Shown here piece by piece: positions 1 to 8,216 of a stretch of DNA of 64,000 bases. Positions within the stretch are counted from its first letter, which is position 1. Each line of letters starts with the position of its first letter. The position numbers and the translations under genes are program-made. Origin of the DNA: an uncultured Candidatus Saccharibacteria bacterium (lineage in GTDB: Bacteria; Patescibacteriota; Minisyncoccia; UBA6257; 2-01-FULL-56-20); assembly GCA_964360585.1 (NCBI GenBank), contig CAYHXC010000002.1:5641-69640 (forward strand), in the 5' to 3' direction. The notes below the pieces were generated by a model, which made no database searches, was not told where the DNA came from, and saw only the letters and a program-made list of their open reading frames with translations.

Positions 1-372
1 CCCCTGCTCTTCGGTATAGGCATCGAGCAGTTCGTGTCCAAAGGGAAGTTCTTTCGCAATATCCTGTAACGCCTGGCCTTCGGCTAAGCGACCGTATTTT
101 TGATGCACATAGTTCAGATCGGAAGTTCGTCCTTCACCAAAATCATGGACGAGACAGAGAAATAAGAGCCGCTCTTTATTTGCTTCCGGAACAAGATGCG
201 ACATAACATAGCCGATCATCGTTGTCCGGAATAAGTGCTCTGCAACGGACTGCGTCCCTGTCCCTAAAAACCACAAACCAGACCGCGGCGTCTTGGCCAA
301 AATTCCCGACTCATACACAAAGTTAGCTAGGACTTTAAAATTTTTTGGAGATTTTCGTTTCTTTGAAGGCAT
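1..372 (-). CDS. HD-domain phosphohydrolase (YfbR/HDDC2-like), runs off the window edge
   Basis: Manual translation MPSKKRK...LAKTPRSGLWFLGTGTQSVAEHLFRT...LCLVHDFGEGRTSD has the SVAEH and HD motifs. It is missing from the ORF track because it is partial. Confidence 0.85.
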   Translation of the reverse strand, partial: MPSKKRKSPKNFKVLANFVYESGILAKTPRSGLWFLGTGTQSVAEHLFRTTMIGYVMSHLVPEANKERLLFLCLVHDFGEGRTSDLNYVHQKYGRLAEGQALQDIAKELPFGHELLDAYTEEQG

Positions 373-649
373 ATTCTAAAATGTGCGAACTTTCCAAACG
401 ACCGAGGTTTTTCCAGTGGTTTTTAAATACTTCCCAAGTTCTTTTTGCCAACTCGACCACTCCCGGTAACTGTCCAACCCCACCCGCAGTAGTATTTTCC
501 ATGTCCTTAGTATAACAGATATAATGATTTCTTGATTCCATGGCCTATTCCTTTTTCCGCTCTTGACACTATGTTACTTTTATGATTTTATTTAATCAGG
601 AAGACGGAGATTTTGAACACTAACCGCCTTTTGAAAAGAGAGGTTTTAT

Positions 650-1741
650 ATGAAGTTACAGAGAACGGCCTGGCACTTCCGAGTGTACATGAAGGCCTAC
701 GTCACCGATCGTTCCTGGCTCGATCATGGGAACATCGGTCCGGTAGAACGTCCGAGACTACTGGAAGAAGAGGCTTATCACGCATTTGAGGAGAAGATGC
801 GGAGTATGCCCCCCGAACAGCAGTTCGGACAGGAAACGCGAGATGAGTTACTGAAACTCGAGGGAGCGTGGCAGAAGGCCGACAATGACTGGCGCCAAGA
901 GCAGGAAGCGGCCTACACAGAAAGCAGATCTCGTGAAGTCCGGGAACGACTGTATGCGGGAAAGACCTCGCTCTGTCCGTACTTCTGGAGTGTCGTCTTC
1001 GGCCTGGTGATCTACTACGGCGTCGTCCGTAGTACCCGGCCTATCTGGCAGATGTTCAGTCGGATCGCCATCTCTGAAGCCGCCGCCCTGTCTGCCATAG
1101 GTCTTGTGATCGTAGCTTTCATCGGCTATGGAGCTTACGAAAGCTGGAACGAGATCCCGACTCCGAGACAATTCGTCACGGGTATCGTGGTCGACGTCCA
1201 GCGATCTCGACAGAGGAGTGCAGAAGATGCCGCGTCGCAAGCAGCTTACGAGGCACTGCGACTCCGAGAACGACAAGCGTGGGAAGTAGCCCATCCGGAA
1301 GAAGTGGCGCATCGTCACCAACAACAGGTGGCGTACGAGCAAGAACAGGAACAACGGAATGTAGCCCGGCGAGCCGCTATGTGGTCGAAATTCAAAAAAG
1401 ACTTCAAGCGACTCTCCGTGGAAGGTGGCCTGTTCCTCGCCAAGCTCCTCGCTCTTTTCGTCGGAGGATTGGCAGCTCTCGCCCTTCTGTTCTACATTCT
1501 CGGCCGGACTTTCACCTTTCTGGCATGGCTCCTTCGGCCCATCGCCAGACGATTGTCCTTCCGATCGGTGCCGGAAACGGGAATTCGCGCCTGGATAGTT
1601 CGCCAGCTACAGCGAGTGGTGGGTGCATGGGTAGCGTGGCAGCAGTTCTGGAAAGAAACTCGCGAGCTCGTCGGTGCATTTGCCTGGGCAAGATATAAGA
1701 AGCTCTGCCCGTACCTTGAAGTCGCGAACAGCGAGAACTAA
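650..1741 (+). CDS. hypothetical membrane protein
   Basis: 363-aa ORF with about three hydrophobic segments, a GAGAGG RBS and TTGACA upstream. Its ends carry related motifs (LCPYFW, KLCPYL). Confidence 0.75.
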   Translation: MKLQRTAWHFRVYMKAYVTDRSWLDHGNIGPVERPRLLEEEAYHAFEEKMRSMPPEQQFGQETRDELLKLEGAWQKADNDWRQEQEAAYTESRSREVRERLYAGKTSLCPYFWSVVFGLVIYYGVVRSTRPIWQMFSRIAISEAAALSAIGLVIVAFIGYGAYESWNEIPTPRQFVTGIVVDVQRSRQRSAEDAASQAAYEALRLRERQAWEVAHPEEVAHRHQQQVAYEQEQEQRNVARRAAMWSKFKKDFKRLSVEGGLFLAKLLALFVGGLAALALLFYILGRTFTFLAWLLRPIARRLSFRSVPETGIRAWIVRQLQRVVGAWVAWQQFWKETRELVGAFAWARYKKLCPYLEVANSEN

Positions 1742-1890
1742 GTTTGGATCTTGCGAGCCTGCAACTCTTCGGAGTTGTGGGCTCTTTTAAATTTATATTT
1801 TCGAAATTTCTTTTTGCCTCAATTACTTGACCCTCCACTACAAACTCAAGAAAAAGAAAAACACCCTGACGAGTAAGGTGTTTTTCTTTT

Positions 1891-2120
1891 TGATCGGGCT
1901 GCCCTCCTTCACTTATCAGTTTCGAAGGACACAGTAAAACTATGGCGGACAAGAAAGCTTCGGCAAAGCTGAGCTTAGCTCTGCGGGACAAGCGAACCCG
2001 AAGCCATTCTTCTTTTTGGTCGGGCTGCCCTCCTTCGTTAAAAACTACGGACGGGCAAGCCGGGAATGGTTCGATGAAGCTCACCACAAGTCGAACCCGG
2101 TCTTTACGAACCTTCATCCC
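1891..2120 (-). pseudogene. degenerate tRNA-Pro 3' fragments interrupted by short palindromic repeats
   Basis: tggtcgggctgcc + gggaat + cgaacccggtctttacgaacc matches the tRNA-Pro(CGG) 3' half once two short inserts are removed. A more degraded copy starts near 1891. Confidence 0.6.
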
Positions 2121-2176
2121 TCACCTTTTGTTGGTCGGGGTACCCGGAATCGAACCGGGACCACACGCACCCTTGT

Positions 2177-2282
2177 CCCGTTAGAGAATGATCAGTCGGG
2201 CCGCCGGGAATTGAACCCGGTCTTTACGAACCCGAATCGCACGTACTACCGGTATACTACGGCCCGGTAATTCTCTAGCGGG
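2177..2282. mobile_element. CCCGTTAGA..TCTAACGGG inverted-repeat element carrying tRNA-Pro(CGG)
   Basis: CCCGTTAGAGAAT ... ATTCTCTAGCGGG, the same termini as the elements at 8032, 10260, 10276 and 27135. Confidence 0.65.
2196..2266 (-). tRNA. tRNA-Pro(CGG), nested inside the outer tRNA gene
   Basis: Full cloverleaf CGGGCCG-TA-GTAT-ACCGGTA-GTAC-G-TGCGA-TTCGGGT-TCGTA-AAGA-CCGGG-TTCAATT-CCCGG-CGGCCCG-A. Confidence 0.93.
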
Positions 2283-2546
2283 ATGAACGTGCGTACTACC
2301 ACTATACTATACCCCGTATGTTTAAAAGGTGAGGGACAGGTCGCACGCCTGCCCGTCCGTAGTTCTGCATCGCAGAACGAAGGCGGGTACTACTCGCCTC
2401 GCTGACTCGGCCTTCGTAGCCACTCTGGCGAAGAAGACAACTCGAGCGAAGCGGGCCGGTATATCCCGACGTTACAGTCGGGATTCCGACTTCCTCATTA
2501 TATTCAAAATAGTGCGTCGGGACTACAGCTCGTTTGCAAATCAACT

Positions 2547-2939
2547 TTAGTGTCCCTTATTGTCCTCACTACCGTCAAGCTGAACAGGCTTACCCGAAGG
2601 AAAAGGAACATTCTCAGTAGAAACATTTTTCCATCTTCCTGATTCAACCGCTTGTCGTACGGCGGCCAGAGGATCTTCACGGAATGCCTGGCTCAGATGT
2701 TTCTCATCGTACCAAAGTGTATGTCCATCCGGAAATTCTTGGAATATTTCTTTCGTTACTCCATTACCGTCGAGCTCAAGAGTGCTTTTTATTTGAGTCG
2801 CAAGATCTTCAAAAACAACTCGTTCCAACCGACCGGTCGCTTGGTTAATCATGTGTGTGATCTTTATGCCTTCTTCGATTTTCATCAGATAGCGCCAGTG
2901 ACGCTCTTTCGGTTCACTCGGCTGTTCAAAAGGATTCAT
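2547..2939 (-). CDS. hypothetical protein
   Basis: 130-aa ORF directly downstream of the cca gene on the same strand. Confidence 0.65.
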   Translation of the reverse strand: MNPFEQPSEPKERHWRYLMKIEEGIKITHMINQATGRLERVVFEDLATQIKSTLELDGNGVTKEIFQEFPDGHTLWYDEKHLSQAFREDPLAAVRQAVESGRWKNVSTENVPFPSGKPVQLDGSEDNKGH

Positions 2940-2943
2940 AGAT

Positions 2944-4512
2944 TTATTTCACAAAAAATTTCTTTTTCATCTCCTCGTCGAGGCCGGACTGAAACTCCTC
3001 TTTGCGATTCTTAGCGGCAACCGCAATTTTTTTGAGCTCCGTATCGCTCATCTCTCCTAACGCCTTCACCCGATCTCTCAACCCCTCGGCCACATTCAAT
3101 TTCGGATCATCCAATACTTCTTCAAGAAGAATGGAGAGGATGAAGCCAACTCTGGGACTCGGCGGAATATCCAGAATACTCATCACATCGCTTCCGGTTA
3201 GTTTCAGCATTTTTGGCGAGATCGGATCATTCTTCACTTTTTCGATCATAAATAAAAGGTGCCGAATCTTGTACGGCACGGCCTTCGGTACACCCGAACC
3301 AATGCGATCAGCCTCACGCAATTTTATGAGATCATCAATATTTTCCGGACCAACCCGTGCTAAAAATCGTCGCACGCCGGCCTCGGTTACTTCGCCGACG
3401 TTGTAGTAAAACATGTGCGATCGGACAAGATGAGCCACATACTCCACAAAATCCTTGCCAAACCGAAGATCATCTAAAATCTGGAGCGTCATCTTCCCGC
3501 CAACCAACTCGTGATTATAGAACGTGGGCGGACTGCCTGGTCGCTTCGTTCGTGGCTTCCCCACATCATGCAGTAACGAGGCCACACGCACTTCGAGCGA
3601 ATAATTTTTCTTGGCCGAGTATTCCAGCGCTCGCAAGTTGTGTTCGAAAACTGTATAGATATGATGCCGCTCCTGGGATACGCCCAAACCTTCGCGCAAC
3701 TCCGGGAGAACATATTTCAAAAGATTCAGTTCTTCGAGAAGCACGATTCCCGCGGCCGCCCGATCAGACATGATAATTTTCACGAACTCGTCGCGGATAC
3801 GTTCCTTGGCAATCATTTCTAAAAGTCCTGCCTTGGCTTCAATCGCTTTCCGTGTTTCCGGGTCAATCTGAAAATCAAGTTCAGTCGCGAACCGCATCGC
3901 CCGCATTAAGCGCAGCGCGTCCTCGTTAAATCGTTCCTCCGGTTTCCCCACGGTCCGAATAGTTCGCGATTCCAGATCATCCTCCCCCCCAAATGGATCA
4001 ATAAGCTGGAAGGTTCTAGTTGTTCTATCTTCGCCGCTTGGCGAATCGTTCAATCGCTTCGCTCGTTCTAGCCGATTGCCTCTAACGACTCGAACGACTT
4101 CAACGTTTCGAACGTTTCTCACGTCCAACGCCATGGCGTTCACGGTGAAGTCGCGGCGCGAGAGATCCTCCTCAACCGTTTTTGCAAATCGCACTTCGTC
4201 CGGATGGCGCTTGTCGGTATACTTCCCTTCTTCGCGAAACGTCGTAACCTCAATAATTTTTAAGCGCGGATCTTCCGACTCGGTTTTTACACCAACCGTG
4301 CCAAACTGATTTTCGTAGACACTTTCGATAAATACTTTTTGAATCTGTTCCGGCGTGGCGTCGGTCGCAATATCCCAGTCTTTCGGCTCGCGCGCCAATA
4401 TGAGATCACGCACACAGCCACCAACCAGATAGGCCTGATACCCCACCTTAACAAGCGTATTTGCCGCTTCCTGAACCTCGTCGGGAATGTTCCTTAAATC
4501 TCTCATGGACAT
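2944..4512 (-). CDS. cca: CCA tRNA nucleotidyltransferase with HD domain
   Basis: VGGCVRD, DWDIAT, RRDFTVNAMA, EDALRLMRA and LLHDVGKP motifs. Confidence 0.93.
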   Translation of the reverse strand: MSMRDLRNIPDEVQEAANTLVKVGYQAYLVGGCVRDLILAREPKDWDIATDATPEQIQKVFIESVYENQFGTVGVKTESEDPRLKIIEVTTFREEGKYTDKRHPDEVRFAKTVEEDLSRRDFTVNAMALDVRNVRNVEVVRVVRGNRLERAKRLNDSPSGEDRTTRTFQLIDPFGGEDDLESRTIRTVGKPEERFNEDALRLMRAMRFATELDFQIDPETRKAIEAKAGLLEMIAKERIRDEFVKIIMSDRAAAGIVLLEELNLLKYVLPELREGLGVSQERHHIYTVFEHNLRALEYSAKKNYSLEVRVASLLHDVGKPRTKRPGSPPTFYNHELVGGKMTLQILDDLRFGKDFVEYVAHLVRSHMFYYNVGEVTEAGVRRFLARVGPENIDDLIKLREADRIGSGVPKAVPYKIRHLLFMIEKVKNDPISPKMLKLTGSDVMSILDIPPSPRVGFILSILLEEVLDDPKLNVAEGLRDRVKALGEMSDTELKKIAVAAKNRKEEFQSGLDEEMKKKFFVK

Positions 4513-4611
4513 TGATACTACTATACGCAAAGCGGCGACGAATGACAAAAGGATGACAACCAGAATTTAGGAATATTTTATGGATATAATCATGGGTAAA
4601 GATCTAAAAAG

Positions 4612-4648
4612 TAAATGACCCCTTCCGCGATGTATGCAGAAGGGGTCA
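4612..4648 (-). terminator. stem-loop downstream of the variable-protein gene
   Basis: TGACCCCTTCTGC-ATACATC-GCGGAAGGGGTCA hairpin followed by TTT. Confidence 0.6.
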
Positions 4649-4694
4649 AGGGGGTTGAGGGAACTAGGGGTCAGAGACCCAAGGTTCCCAGGGT

Positions 4695-5336
4695 TCAGGA
4701 ATTGCGAGAAAAGACCCGACGGCCGCCGTACCACCTGATGCCGCCCAAGGCACCGGCGCGCACGCCCCAGCCGTCATCACGCCAATCGACGTACACGGAA
4801 CGCAGCACGCTATTCACGTCGCGAACGTAGAAGATGTTCGCCCACCCGTTGTTGAGCAGGGCACCTTCTCCACCGTTCGACTGGGCAACCATGAGCCGCC
4901 AGATTTCCGAGAGAGTAACTTCCGCGACAGCTTCGCCACCGAGGTCGGCGATGACCTCGCTGTCGTTGGCGCTCTGGGTCAGCGTGAGTGGAACGAGCAA
5001 GCCGTCCGGCACGTCTTCCTCCACTTTGCTGGCAAACCAGCTAATGAAGTTCAAGCCATGCTCGACCATCTTCACACCGGACGACTTCGAGAAGAAAGTA
5101 TCATCCGCCTTGAACGGGCAGGATTCGACGGGCTTCGGCGCGACGGGACGGAGCACCTTGCGGATACGGGGTTTCTTCGGGCGGGTGCGGATGGCATCCA
5201 CCATTACGACGATCGCGGCCTTGGTCTCCTTTATCACAAACTGGCGATCAACCCTACTGAGAGCATTGAAACCTGTTTGATGAGCGACCAGTTCGCCCAC
5301 CAGTCTTGACGTTTGTGGATCCTGTTCTGCGGTCAT
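4695..5336 (-). CDS. putative DGR target (variable) protein
   Basis: AGGAGG RBS before MTAEQ. The C-terminus FYVRD...VYVDWRDDGWGVRAGALGGIRWYGGRRVFSRNS has NNY codons at positions typical of a variable repeat, and a hairpin follows. Confidence 0.7.
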   Translation of the reverse strand: MTAEQDPQTSRLVGELVAHQTGFNALSRVDRQFVIKETKAAIVVMVDAIRTRPKKPRIRKVLRPVAPKPVESCPFKADDTFFSKSSGVKMVEHGLNFISWFASKVEEDVPDGLLVPLTLTQSANDSEVIADLGGEAVAEVTLSEIWRLMVAQSNGGEGALLNNGWANIFYVRDVNSVLRSVYVDWRDDGWGVRAGALGGIRWYGGRRVFSRNS

Positions 5337-5478
5337 AGCTTTCCTCCTTTTTGACCGTTTCAACAAAGTCCTGCTGTTGGGCTTGGCCTTCATGGTTTCG
5401 CCACAGCTCGTAAAAGCTCGATTCTTCGGGCTCCTATGAGCTATAGCGAAATCTCGCTGGTTATCAAAGATCGACTAC

Positions 5479-5507
5479 AATATAACAAATAAACGTTATT
5501 ATGTCAA
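5479..5507 (-). promoter_or_regulatory. sigma70-type promoter
   Basis: TTGACA-17nt-TATATT immediately after the stop of the pheS fragment. Confidence 0.6.
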
Positions 5508-5508
5508 A

Positions 5509-5755
5509 TCAGCGGATTTGAGCGCCAAACTCAGTCTTTGATTTTTCCTCTAAAGCTTTGTGCATCACGTCTACTTCTTCGTTGGTAAGTGTTCGGTCGT
5601 TGTTTCTATAGATAACGCGATAGGTGTAGCTTTTCTTATCTTTTCCAAACTTTTCCTCATTTTCATATTGATCCAGGAGTTCTACCTGCTCCACTAAATC
5701 TCCAGCCACATCACGGACTAAATCAAAATAATTATTTGGCGCGAAAGTTTTTGGC
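5509..5755 (-). pseudogene. duplicated 3' end of pheS (FDX-ACB domain fragment)
   Basis: About 81 codons matching the pheS C-terminus (6871-7116), with 8 amino-acid differences, many synonymous changes and no N-terminal part. Confidence 0.85.
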
Positions 5756-5847
5756 GAGCAAGCAAGGTGAGAGGTCTTGCGAGGCGAAGCCATGACCGCG
5801 CCTACATGAGCAAGATATAAAAATCATAGCACGCTTGTCTAAAAAGA

Positions 5848-5881
5848 ATGAGCCTCCGAGCGTGGAACGCGCGGAGGCTCA
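5848..5881 (-). terminator. stem-loop downstream of the variable-protein gene
   Basis: TGAGCCTCCG-CGCGTTCCACGCT-CGGAGGCTCA followed by TTCTTTTT. Confidence 0.6.
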
Positions 5882-5919
5882 AGGTTGCGAGAGGTTCAAC
5901 CTCTCAAATGAACAAGGTT

Positions 5920-6756
5920 CTACTCGGACTTCCGGGCAGAGGCGACACCAAGAAGAACGTAACGGACGTCGTCCCAGAAGCTGCCGACGAACAGACCATC
6001 CGAGCCGAAGTAACCAACAACGACCCGGATCCCGTCCGAATCCAGAGACATCGTACGGACGTAGAGATTCGGGAATAGCCGCTCTCCCGTGACCAAGAAG
6101 TACAAGACCACGGCATAGACGAGTTCGCACGCCCGGGGCACCTCTTCGCACTCGGAGAGCAACGCCTTCTGGTCATCGAAATTCTTCGACGTCGAGCCCA
6201 CGACCGCTTCTTTGCGAATCAGGTACCAACGGACCTCGAGCTTCTCGTCCTTCGCGAACGACTGGTTGTTGTACCACGCATCCTTGTAGGAGTAGAACGT
6301 CTTCGGCTTCTTGTTGGGTGCTTTTGCGCGCACGTCCAAGATCGTCATCGGAAATCCGGCAACCAGGATGTGCGTATCCTTGCACTTCTCCAGCACGACT
6401 TCCGAGAATGGGATCTCGGCAAGCAACGCGAGCTGCTCCTCGGTGTACGCTGCGCCAAATTGACGCACGACTTCCTCGATGCCGAGGTAGTTTTTGCCCA
6501 TAATCTCGCGGGCGCGGATCTGGGACGGCGTGGGTTTGTAGTTCACGATCACGGCAGAGATTGAGGCGATGATGCCGTTCCCCGCAACAAGCGCGACTAC
6601 CTTCTCGAACAGCTCTTCGTCGTGGGCGAGTTTCGCCCAGAAGTTCTGCCCAGCTCCGACCTTACGGCCGGTGACGACTGCTTCGTGGATGAGTCCGTTA
6701 TCCTTTCCGAAATTTTCACAGCTCTCATCCAGACGCACCATGGTATTTGCTGTCAT
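5920..6756 (-). CDS. putative DGR target (variable) protein, CLec-like C-terminus
   Basis: AGGAGG RBS. The C-terminus SDGIRVVVGYFGSDGLFVGSFWDDVRYVLLGVASARK is adenine-poor and rich in NNC/NNT codons, and a hairpin follows. Confidence 0.72.
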   Translation of the reverse strand: MTANTMVRLDESCENFGKDNGLIHEAVVTGRKVGAGQNFWAKLAHDEELFEKVVALVAGNGIIASISAVIVNYKPTPSQIRAREIMGKNYLGIEEVVRQFGAAYTEEQLALLAEIPFSEVVLEKCKDTHILVAGFPMTILDVRAKAPNKKPKTFYSYKDAWYNNQSFAKDEKLEVRWYLIRKEAVVGSTSKNFDDQKALLSECEEVPRACELVYAVVLYFLVTGERLFPNLYVRTMSLDSDGIRVVVGYFGSDGLFVGSFWDDVRYVLLGVASARKSE

Positions 6757-6840
6757 GACACACCTCCTAGGGATAGTTGGTGTCGGATCAATTTCCGACG
6801 GAATTTGAGTAAAACCCTATATATTTCAAAGGACGACAAT

Positions 6841-6869
6841 ATTTTAACAAATAAGTACTAAGATGTCAA
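6841..6869 (-). promoter_or_regulatory. sigma70-type promoter
   Basis: TTGACA-17nt-TAAAAT immediately after the pheS stop, homologous to 5479-5507. Confidence 0.6.
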
Positions 6870-6870
6870 G

Positions 6871-8031
6871 TTAGCGAATTTGGGCGCCAAACTCGGTTTT
6901 CGATTTTTCCTCAAGCGCCTTATGAAGCACGTCTACCTCTTCATTCGTCAATGTTCGATCACTACTGCGATAGATAACACGATAGGCATAACTCTTTTTA
7001 TCGGCGCCAAATTTCTCCGCGTTTTCATACTCATCAATCAACTCCACTTGCTCCACCAGATCACCCGCCACGTCGCGAACAAGATCAAAGTAATTATTCG
7101 GCGCAAATGTTTTTGGCACGACGAAAGAAATATCGCGAGTCACCGGCGGATACTTACTCACCTCCTGGAACTTCGTTCCCATCGTGAGCTGCTTCGTCAC
7201 CCGCTCGTCTTTGGACCAGAGAAGCCGAATATCCGGCAGTTCCATGCTACTAATAGCGAGCCGGTCCAAGCCGAATCCAAAGGCCCAACCGTTGTAGCCT
7301 TCGAGACCGAAGTTTTTCAAAACACTCTTTTTCGGCATTCCCCCGCCAAGCAACTCAATCCACTGGCCATTAATCTGAATCTCTACTTCGAGCGACGGAT
7401 CGGTATAAGGAAATGTATCCGGATTAAAACGATACACCGTCGACTCACCGAAAATTCCTTTTACAATCTGACTCAACACATTTTTAAGATCATCCAACAC
7501 CATCATTCCCTGGCTATCAGGCTGGAGATACAAACCACCGAACTGATGGAAGATGTTCATATGGCGACGATCGATCTCGTCCTTGCGATAGACCTTGCCG
7601 TAACAAACCACACCGAGCGGTTCCTGTTTGGCAATCTTTGCTTTGATCTCGGGAAGATTTAAATAGTAGTACCACATGACGGTGTCATGCGTACGCAAAA
7701 TATTTTTCGGATCGGCATAGTAGGTATCCGAAGCGCTTCGCGCCGGGTGGTCCGGAGCAAAGTCGAACAGATCAAAACTAACATCGACCGGCACAATCTC
7801 CGGAATAATGATGTTGTCAAAGTTCGCAAGCGCCGGAACCCGCTTTACCGATTCCACAATTTCGTGGAGCGGACTTGTCGTCGTGCGCGACAGATCGTCC
7901 ATCGCCAAGTACCGCTTAATCCGTCCGGCCTCGGCGTCAGTGCGCGGCTCGAGCGTCTTCCGAACCTGGTTTTCGTTGTCTCGATCAATCGTATATTCGG
8001 CTGACTGGGTAAGGGGCGAAGTGAAATCCAT
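6871..8031 (-). CDS. pheS: phenylalanine--tRNA ligase, single-chain (catalytic domain plus FDX-ACB)
   Basis: DHPARSASDTYY, LRTH, GKVYRKDEIDRRH, FPYTDPSLEVE and GWAFGFGLDRLA motifs, with a fused C-terminal KYPPVTRDISF anticodon-binding domain. Confidence 0.92.
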   Translation of the reverse strand: MDFTSPLTQSAEYTIDRDNENQVRKTLEPRTDAEAGRIKRYLAMDDLSRTTTSPLHEIVESVKRVPALANFDNIIIPEIVPVDVSFDLFDFAPDHPARSASDTYYADPKNILRTHDTVMWYYYLNLPEIKAKIAKQEPLGVVCYGKVYRKDEIDRRHMNIFHQFGGLYLQPDSQGMMVLDDLKNVLSQIVKGIFGESTVYRFNPDTFPYTDPSLEVEIQINGQWIELLGGGMPKKSVLKNFGLEGYNGWAFGFGLDRLAISSMELPDIRLLWSKDERVTKQLTMGTKFQEVSKYPPVTRDISFVVPKTFAPNNYFDLVRDVAGDLVEQVELIDEYENAEKFGADKKSYAYRVIYRSSDRTLTNEEVDVLHKALEEKSKTEFGAQIR

Positions 8032-8143
8032 CCCGTTAGAAGCAGATCGCGATCAACGCATCCACACAATTATGTAATTTCAGGTTCGACATTTCATTAA
8101 AAAGCCCAGGGAAGCCAACTAAGCGATCGCGGCTTCTAACGGG
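8032..8143. mobile_element. MITE-like element at the pheS start codon
   Basis: 12-bp TIR CCCGTTAGAAGC/GCTTCTAACGGG and a perfect 6-bp direct repeat ATCCAT (8026-8031, 8144-8149). Confidence 0.8.
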
Positions 8144-8216
8144 ATCCATGGTTTTGATTGTAATCAAAGCAAGCCGCGAAAACAAACTTTTTACGTCGGG
8201 AGTAATTGACCGCCTC

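Larger units (their letters stand above)
2132..2316 (-). tRNA. interrupted outer tRNA-Pro gene with an insertion in the anticodon loop
   Basis: 5' half CGGGGTA-TA-GTAT-AGTGGTA-GTAC-G-CACGT (2316-2287). 3' half GGGT-GCGTG-TGGT-CCCGG-TTCGATT-CCGGG-TACCCCG-A-CCA (2172-2132). All stems pair, but the anticodon cannot be read unambiguously. Confidence 0.75.

Noticed and set aside
335-541. 68-aa ORF
   Set aside because: It overlaps the HD gene start in another frame. It may be a truncated gene remnant but cannot be supported.
2177-2282. Group I intron or archaeal BHB intron in tRNA-Pro
   Set aside because: The insert is about 106 bp and mostly a tRNA, leaving no room for a ribozyme core. The junctions did not fit a 3-4-3 bulge-helix-bulge.
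5509-5793. 94-aa ORF as a standalone gene
   Set aside because: Its first ~13 codons come from unrelated sequence and the rest is a pheS tail duplicate.
4612-6870. Complete DGR in the window
   Set aside because: No reverse transcriptase ORF and no adenine-rich template repeat were seen. The four-helix-bundle gene is about 37 kb away and of the IVP type.
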